This document shows positions 38,001-47,000 of a stretch of 64,000 nt of DNA, piece after piece (position 1 is the first letter of the stretch; each line of letters starts with the position of its first letter). The DNA lies in NCBI GenBank assembly GCA_949358305.1, contig OX442314.1:30628001-30692000 (forward strand), given 5' to 3'. The notes under the pieces were generated by a model. The model worked only from the letters and a program-made list of their open reading frames with translations. It did no database searches and was not told the origin of the DNA. The DNA is from Strigamia acuminata (Eukaryota). The translations under genes and the position numbers were made by a program.

Positions 38001-41000
38001 GTTGGATTCACGTCTTTGGGCCAGCCGCCTTCTGCGTGGTTCATGCTACGAAACTCGCTGACAATTCGCTCGGTGTTCATCTGTTAAAAAATCAACATTT
38101 TTTTTAAAAAAAATCAAGATTTTTCTAAAAAAAAGATCAAGATTTTGTCACGGCCCGTGTTTCCTACGCGTATAGTTTACGCATTGTTAACCCGTGTTTG
38201 TTCCTATTAAACCTAATTTGTGATTCTCCTACCTTTGTTGTTTTGTTTATGTTTGATTCGTGAGTTTTCCTCATTTTCCTTCTATCTTATCTCTTACTCT
38301 CTCCTAACTTTCTCTTCATTCTCTCACTTTTCTCTTATCTACTCCTAGTTTTTCTCCTTTAGTTTATGATTTCGATGCAAGTCTATTTGCATATCTATTC
38401 TGGTCAGTACGCGTCGGCGTTAGTCATACACTTAGTATGCACCGACTGTACTGATTGGCTCTTGACTCTTCCGTGATTGGCCAAGCTTGGTTGAGTCCAA
38501 GTTTACCTCTCACCCTATTTTCCCTCTTTTGCTTCAGTTGATCTCAGTATCCCGAACGCGTAGGTGCTCCTTTGGAGCCGGTGCTCATGGCTGAGGTTTA
38601 ACTCCGAAGCTCACTCGTGGCTTTGCTTTCGCCCTGGAATTCTGCAAGACGGTTTCAGGCTTCTCATTGTTCATCTCCAGTGTTAACTCACGGTTTTACA
38701 CCACTCGTTCACCATTTGTTTTCCTGCTCCTTTTTGTTCATGTTTTATCGCCGTGACGCGTTATCCAAGGCCAAACAGGATTTGTTGGCCATAAGTTCGA
38801 AGTTTGTGTCGTTTATTTCGCGTGCGCGTGCATTAGCTTAGTTTAGCCGCCTGCCATTCGGGCTTTAGCTTTAATTAAGCATTAAGTCAGGTTTAGAGTT
38901 AGGTTTAGGGCCCGTGCGTTGTATAAGCACGAGTAAATTGCCCATCCTCGTTCAAACTCGACAGTTTGGGGTTGCTTATGAGCCACTACGAGACGTGCAT
39001 TCGTTTGCCCTCGTGTGAAAACACGATTGTTGGCGGGTCACGCGTTGGGTTTTGGTTCAGACGCGACTACCGGACATTCTGTCCCCGAGTTTTACAGCTC
39101 GGGATACCCGGCCACAAATAAATATTAGTGTGGTGCACAGTATCTGAGAGTGTGTTAGCTGCCATTTCCTGCGCACATTCGATTTACGGCAGGTACGAAA
39201 CTACCAGGGTGTGTGAATTTACTGTTCCGCGGCGTCTTTCAAACGCTTCTAAACCACCTAGACTCGCGATCCATCACACTTGGTGCCGAAACCCGGGATT
39301 ATCCCGTAGCTTTTCGATTGCTAGCCATATAAACTGTTTCCAGTGGGCTAGTAATCATTATTCGGAAAACAAAGGTCGAGTGGTATCGTTACTCGCCTTT
39401 TTTAGAGTGGATCATCCATTTGAGTTTTGCTGCGAAATTGCTTGAGTTGACGCAATGGCAGAGGGAGGGCATCCTAAAGAGGATAACTCCAAGAGTGTGT
39501 GGCCTAGCTGGATGCGTAGAGTTGGGGAGCGCTTGTGTGATGAAACTCCACGGCGTCCCCCTGATGCGCGTCCTCCGAGAACCCGCTCAGAGTATGGCTT
39601 GCCCGTGGCAAGAGACGGTGGGCCGCCGTACCTTTTGCGACCACACGGGAATGTCACACGAGTAAAAGTAGAGGATAAATCCACTTCAACGGATAGTACC
39701 TACTGCCCGGGCACTACTCCTTCTACGCGTGAGTCCCACGTCGACGCGTCGGCTTCGGATCTTTTAACGCCCGTGCCACCGAATCCTTCGGCGCCACCTC
39801 AACAAAGGAGTAGTCCTGAGGATAACGTCGAGGAAGAGGAAGGAGAGGCTGGTCAACAGCCTCCAGAATGGCTACCGTATTTGCAAAATGCGGAATTGGC
39901 CATGAATGAGCGTATGGTCCGAGCTTTAAACCAGTTTGGTCAGCATGTTGACTACCGACTGGAAAATTATAAAGATGAGACTCTTGTGGGGGTGAGACAA
40001 GTGGTTAGGGCCGAAATCGTGGCATTAGCTGTACAGCCCGAGGAGGAGGTAATTCCACCAGTTCAGCAAAGACCTCATAACCCTTTGCCTGGTGATGGAC
40101 TTCGTTCTGACGGTCAGAGGGAACCTGGGGGAAGTGTTCAGTCTTCACGCATTCTGACGCCTAGCGAGTTGAACAGGCAAGGAATAGCAGTGGCAGGAAG
40201 GTTACAAGGGGATGTAAATCCTCGTTTACCTTCAAATGAGAGACCATCGGACGTGACAGCTCGCGCGGGGTCTCGAATGGGTACGCCCTCACAATGTAAC
40301 AGTGAGGTGATGAGGAGTATTATACGCTCAAAGTCGACAGCTGTTAGCTTGCCGGATACAGCAAGTGTTGATCGCGCTGCGGCTGCGCGAGGGGATTCGG
40401 TAAATACGCGTTTGCAACGAGCGCGGGACGCTCAGGCAGCGGTAACGCCGACGCCCCGGCAGCGGCCGCAGACGCAATATGATCAGTATGACTTGTCGCA
40501 TGTGAGGTCGGAACATGTGCCGATATTTGATGAGGATGATCAATCCTATAATGCGGTCGAAAGATTCCTCGCGAAATTGCGCGCCCACTATATCATGACG
40601 CGCATTCCGGATGAGGCGTATATTGACTTGTTCATTCCTTTGGCGCTGTGTGGGAAGCCCTTAAATTGGTACTTGCACCTACGCCATAAACCAAAAACAT
40701 GGGATGAATTTGTTATGCGTTTCCGGAAACGTTATTCCCTCAAGGAGGCCGAAGCAACGGTCCTCCTGACGGATGCCTGGCAGGAAGTAGGGGATGATAC
40801 GGCCGAATTTCTTTGTGAGATCAGTCGTTACCTCGAAATGATAGGTATTCGGGGGGATAGGCAACAATGGAATATGGCGAAACATCGCCTTCAACCGCAG
40901 ATAACGGATGCAATGACTCGGTACGGAGTCCGCTTCATGTCGCAGGCCATAGAGATGGGGCAGGAGGCTGACAGCGAATTGGCGTTGCGTTCTCTTCAGC

Positions 41001-44000
41001 AGTATAAGTTCGATGAGCGCGGAGTGAGAAGAGGTCCGGTGCCTCGACCTCAATCCAAGGACAAGGATAAGCAAGCTGTTAAGGCAACCAAAAAGGTGGC
41101 AGAGCCTGCCAAAACAAAGGCGGCAGAAAAGCCTCCGCCTGGTCGCTTCCAGTTTGATAAACGGAAATTGGTTGCGTTGGCTGAAATGTTTGGGGCTACG
41201 AGTGAGGACCTGCAGAGTGTTGCTGGGCAGTCCGTTGTTAGTGTGGAACCTTCGAGAGTGCCAGAGCCGCAAATAAACGCGTCTGTAAAGGTTTCGGAGA
41301 ATAAGCCTACTCCGGCTGTGGGGGCGGCACAATGTGGACATTCTGCCCATACATTCGCCAATACGGCTAATCCTCCGACAACACCGTTGCCACCCGGAGC
41401 TGAGTGGGTGCGCAATCGGAAGGACAGATGGTACATGCGTGATATTGAAAAACGCATCGCATTATGTCCCCACTGCTTTAAGCCCTGGCAGTTTCCGGGA
41501 AACGACCAGGGTCCACTGTCCAAACCATCCAACGGAAAGGCAGCGGACCCGAAATCCAAATAAGTCGGACGTTGGAGGCTTTGGATAGCACAAGCGGTTG
41601 GATGGTACCCCCTGCGTTGCAGAAGACCAGTACCACCGCGTTAGCGGCTTCTAAGCCGAAAATGACAAATTTCATTATGTTGTCACCACCCGAATTTTTG
41701 GCTTCCAAAGAACCGAAATTGATAATCGGGTTGAAGGACCGTTGTCGGCGAGACGCGGCCTTTGTTAAAATCGCCTGGATCAATATCGAGTTCATTGCAA
41801 TGATGGACAGCGGTGCACAGACGTGCATAATGACCATGGCATTGTATGAGAAACTCGCAAAAGAGATAGGCATAGAAATGGTGAAACTGGACGAAACCAT
41901 CCGGACAGCCGACAATCATATTACCAAAGTGGTTGGCTGTGCACAACTAGCCGTCCGTGCTCCTACGGCGGTAGTTTGCTTTACTTGCCTCATCATAGAG
42001 GAGGGGTCTCAAGAGCTCCTCTTGGGGCTGGATTTCTGCAAGGCAGTTGGTCTTTGTACAGACCACGCCAACGAATACTGGTTCCTCTTAGGGGATGGCA
42101 CAAGGCACCCCTTCCTCACGGAAGAGCAAGCTAGGGCATCTGATCCAGTGATCTTATTCCCTTTAACAAAGGAACAACCTTCCCTTCCGGAGGGAATGGC
42201 GGTTAAGGGGCCCCCTCTTTACAACCTTCCGGCTTTGCGAAATCCGCCGGTCCCCAAGCCAGAGGAAACGGCGGTGCCCGTCAAGCTTGTCGGCCAAAAG
42301 GAGCGGGAACTGACCCCCGAGATTCCTGCAAAGGAGGAGAAGGCAGAGGAGAAGCCTGTGGTCATCACAAAACCACCAATTAGTGAAGCTAACTGTGTCT
42401 TGCTAAATAAGCGTAATTTTGAAGTGGAGTTATTTGAGCCTCCACACGAAGACAATCCTTGTATTGTCAAAGTGGTTGTCGCTCGAAGAGGGCAGGACGC
42501 TCAAAAATGGACATTCATATGGTCACCTAAGAGACGGGAAAAAACCGCACGAAGGAACGTCGTGCGAGTTACGCGTAAACCTGGGAAAAAGGCCATGTGT
42601 TTGAGTCAGATGCGTCGAGCCATTAAGTTGCGTAAAGCAAGAGTCAAAGCGGTGGCTAAACGAACGTTGGTTGAGACTGCAGATTCTCCGAGTGGAGAGA
42701 GAAATGTCGTCGACAACGTGGAGCCCTCTTCTGCTTGTCAAAAGGCGGAAAGTACTCCAAGACAGCATGATGTTAATTTCGTCCAATACATCCCAAACAG
42801 AGATCCTACCAACCTCGCTTGGGTGTATGATCAGCTGTGTAACCAGTTGGAGCCAAAACGCATTAATCACTTAATGGACGCGTTGAAACCAGTTGCTCAC
42901 ATCTTTCGTGAGGAATTGGGGCTCTGTAATAACACACAGTTTGAAGTGAATCTGAAGCCTGATTTCCGACCTATTCATGTCCCGGTACGTCCGGTGAATC
43001 CGGCAAAAAGGGAAATAATCGATGCCTATATCGACCAAAAGTTGGCGCAAGGAGTAATCAAGCGCTCCAAAAGCGACTGCGCCGTAGCGCCCGTAGTTGT
43101 CCCCAAAAAGGACGGACGCTGGCGCTGCGCAATGGATTTTAGGCCGATCAACTCCCAAACTTTGCCTGATGTTTACCCCCTCCCAGATATCGACAACATC
43201 TTTGCATATCTGGGTGGGGCAAAATGGTTTTCCATCATCGACGGAAGGGAAGCGTTCCACCAAATAGGAGTCCGACCTGGAGATGAACGATATCTCGCAT
43301 TTATCACCCACAGGGGACTCTTCGAGTATACGCGTATGCCCTTCGGTCCGATCAATGGCCCCGCGACCTTACAAAGGGCCATGAATCTGACACTAGCTGA
43401 GCATCTCTACAAGTTTGTCTTTGTTTACATCGACGACATAATCGTGTTTAGTAAGACCTTCGAAGAGCATGTGACCCACTTGCAAAAAGTGCTCACTTTG
43501 CTCGACCAAGCGGGGTTTACAATGAACGCAGGAAAAACGGAGTTGTGCAAGACAAGTCTTGAGGTGCTCGGACATATTGTTGAGGAGGGACTTATTCGTC
43601 CTAACCCAAAGAAGACCGACGCGATCAGCAAGTACCCGGCCCCCACTAACTTGAAGGAATTACAACGCTTCAAGGGCATGATCGGGTACTACTCGTCGTT
43701 CTTTCCAGGATATTCCAAGACCTGTGAAGTCTTTCGAGTGCTTATGCGAAAGAATGCGCCATGGAACTGGACGGCGGCACACCAGGCAGCTTTCGAGTAT
43801 CTCAAAAACCAAGTGTCGTTGTCTACTTTGCACCGGAACTTCCCGGACTGGAGTAAACCTTACATCTTACAAACCGATGCGAGTTATTCTGGTCTAGGGG
43901 CTGCGTTGATGCAGATCAACAATGACGGCGTACGCGTCCCAATTGCCTTTGCATCACGCGCCTTAAACAGTGCAGAAAAAAACTATACGGCAACGGAAAT

Positions 44001-47000
44001 TGAGTGCCTGGCCGCCGTCTGGGCCGTTAAACGCTTTAGAGCATACCTCGAGTTAATGGATTTCTATCTTGAGAGTGATCACAAGTCTTTAACATGGCTT
44101 TGGGCCCAGCGCGAGCCAAAGGGCCGACTGGCGAGATGGATTCTTTCGCTGTCGGAATACCGATTCACATTCCTCCACTGTAGTGGTACGAAGAATCGGG
44201 TAGCCGATGCGTTGAGTCGGGCGCCGGTTGACCCACCGATCGAGCTGGATGACGAAGACTGTCCAGCGTTGGATGACACGTATTACTGTGCGTACTTCGA
44301 CGATTTCAACGACTGGCCAGTACCCAAAATGGAAGAGTTAGATGAGGTGACTCATTGGAAATCACCCAACTGTAAAATCGTTAGAGCGGTAACAATGCGT
44401 AAGCAGAAACGTGCGTTCCTGGCGAGATTGAACGCCTTGTCGGCTACGGCGGTGGATGTATGTCCGGTGGAGGACGAACCCCCTCCAAAAAGAGGACGAG
44501 GACGTCCACGGAAAAATCCCATTGCAAAGGGGCCGACTCAGGCGGGACCCTTGCCGGGAGCACAGCCTACTCTGCCAAGGTCGGACGAAGAATCTGTGGC
44601 GGTGTCTTTGCCTAAGGAAGACGTTCCTGTAAAAAGGAAAAGAGGTCGTCCGCGGAAGACTCCGGCCAGCGGGGACATGACGCAGCCTAAATCCTTACCC
44701 GTAACGCGTCCTATTCCACCAACTTCGGAAGAAGAGTCAGGTGCGGTTTCTTTGCCAATTGACGTTCCTGAGAAGAGAAAACGGGGGCGACCAAAAAAGG
44801 TTGTGGAGAAGCGACCGGTCGGAAGGCCGAAAAAGATTCCCATCATCTTCGATCGCTCTACGGGCTCGGAAGCCAGCGAAATGTCGTTGGACAGTGAGGA
44901 GCTGCCGGGAGACACGGACTCCGAAGAGTTTCAAATTCCTGTGATTCCACGGGACTTGTCACCGAGGACCCAACCACGGCGAGATTTGGTTTCACCAACA
45001 CCCTCTATCGATGCGGAGTTGCTTGACCACTCTGAGCACTCGTCTGACGAGAGTTTCTACTCACTTCCGGCGGATCATCCGACAATTGAGATTCTCCCAA
45101 CACAGAAAGCCGTTAAAGAAGCCCAACTAGCCGATGAATGGTCTAAGGGACTTATATTATATCTCAATTCAGGGTCTCTGCCGCCAGGTGAGATGGAAGC
45201 TGCAGAACTTAAGAAACGAGCAGTGGACATGGCGTTACACCGTGGTCTGCTCTGCAAGTTTCCACCAACTAAGATCGGTCAACGAGCTCCTACGCGTCGT
45301 ATTTACCTCCCTCAATCCCTTCGTTACAAGTATTTTCATTGCTTACATTTCCCACCAACCTCCGGCCATCTCGGGATCGAGAAAACACTAATGCGTCTAA
45401 AAACACGTGTGTTTTGGCCGGGGATGAAAAAAGATGTAGCAAATTGGATTAAAGTTTGTGAACCTTGTCAAAGGGCGAAGGTCGAGCGGAGGCTACCGTA
45501 TGGCGAGATGGAGACCGCGAAACCGAGACGGTTGTTTCGGACCATTTACGTCGACTATTTCGGGAAAAAGTTGAAGTCCACTGGCGGACACTGCTACGCG
45601 TTCGTAATGGTGGATGCAGCCAGTCGCTGGGTGGACGTTAGACTCACCGAAAAAGCAGACGTTTCTACAACAGTGAAACAACTTAAAAAGTTCACTTATA
45701 GATGGGCTTATCCAAAAACTATAATAAGTGATAACGCCCCAACCTTTCGCTCCGCCAAGTTCCAGGCACAGTGCGCCGAGATGGGAATGGTAAATAAATA
45801 TATTTCCGCCTATCATCCGCAGGGGAACTTGGCAGAAAGACTGAATCAATCTTTAAAAACGTGCATCCTCGCGTATATAGACGAACATACGCGTTGGGAT
45901 AAGCACATTGGTTCTTTCATTTTAGCGATTAACACTGCCTACCAGACTTCACTCAAATTTTCACCTTACATGATGGTCACAGGACAGGAAGCGCGGTTTC
46001 CAGGAGATGTCGACTCTGACACTGACGACGGAGAACCCTTGCCGCCCGACGAATCGCGTTTTCTTCATCGATATTTGTTACGCATCCGTGAGGAGGCGAG
46101 GAAGAATCTAGATGCCGCCCATCTACGCCATAAGCGTTGGTATGACCGAAAAAGGCGGCCTCATACATTTAAACCCGGGGATTGGGTCACCGTCAAAAGT
46201 CGTGTCTTGTCATCAACGGATAAACAAATAAGTTCGGGGTTCCAACACCGAACTGAAGGAGTTTATATGATTCATCGACTCCTTGGACCAAATACCGTGC
46301 TCCTGATGGACCAAGACGGGAAAATTTCCCAACCTATTCATGTGTCAGATCTTCGCCATTGGTACCAAGCTGAGGAGCCGGAAATCGAAGTTTCCGATAT
46401 CTCCAGCATGGCTAAGGGGACGGAGGATCACGAGGAATTAGATTCTGAGTTGGAAATTGAAGAGGATATTCCCCAAGAAGACTTGGACGATATTTCTGCA
46501 CGCGTCGTTAAATTCCAAACTGAAGTCCGGTCGATCTGCATCGACTTTGAGGAGAAACGGAAACAACGCGTAAGAACATCGGACCGTGTGGCAGAAATCC
46601 CTTATCATGGACGTCTTGACGCGATTTCATCCCAAGACGGAACAGCAAATGGAGGACGTCCTTGTGTATCGTGTGGTGCCACTGATGGAGGAACCCCTTC
46701 AGATTGTGTTTCCCGACGAAGCTGAGGACAGTGATTAGTGCAGCCGGAAGTAACATTGCGAACTTGGTGAATCGCTTACCGAACGTGACTTTTGTTTTAT
46801 GCGCAACTTTTAAGTTCAAATGGATAAGTCTCCATTTGTACGCGTGTCTAATTTTGTTGTTTTTGTTTAGCATCGCAAGTGATATTTGTTAACATTGCTT
46901 TTTACCTGACTATGATATATAATTTATTTTGTTTGTTTTCTAGTGTTTTCCGCGCCTGTTGTACCTATCCGCGTGCCCGGGAGACGCCTCATTCCTCCTC

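Noticed and set aside
38617..38841. 74-aa ORF duplicated at 47801-48025
   Set aside because: Lies within the LTRs, starts at GTG and has no coding features.
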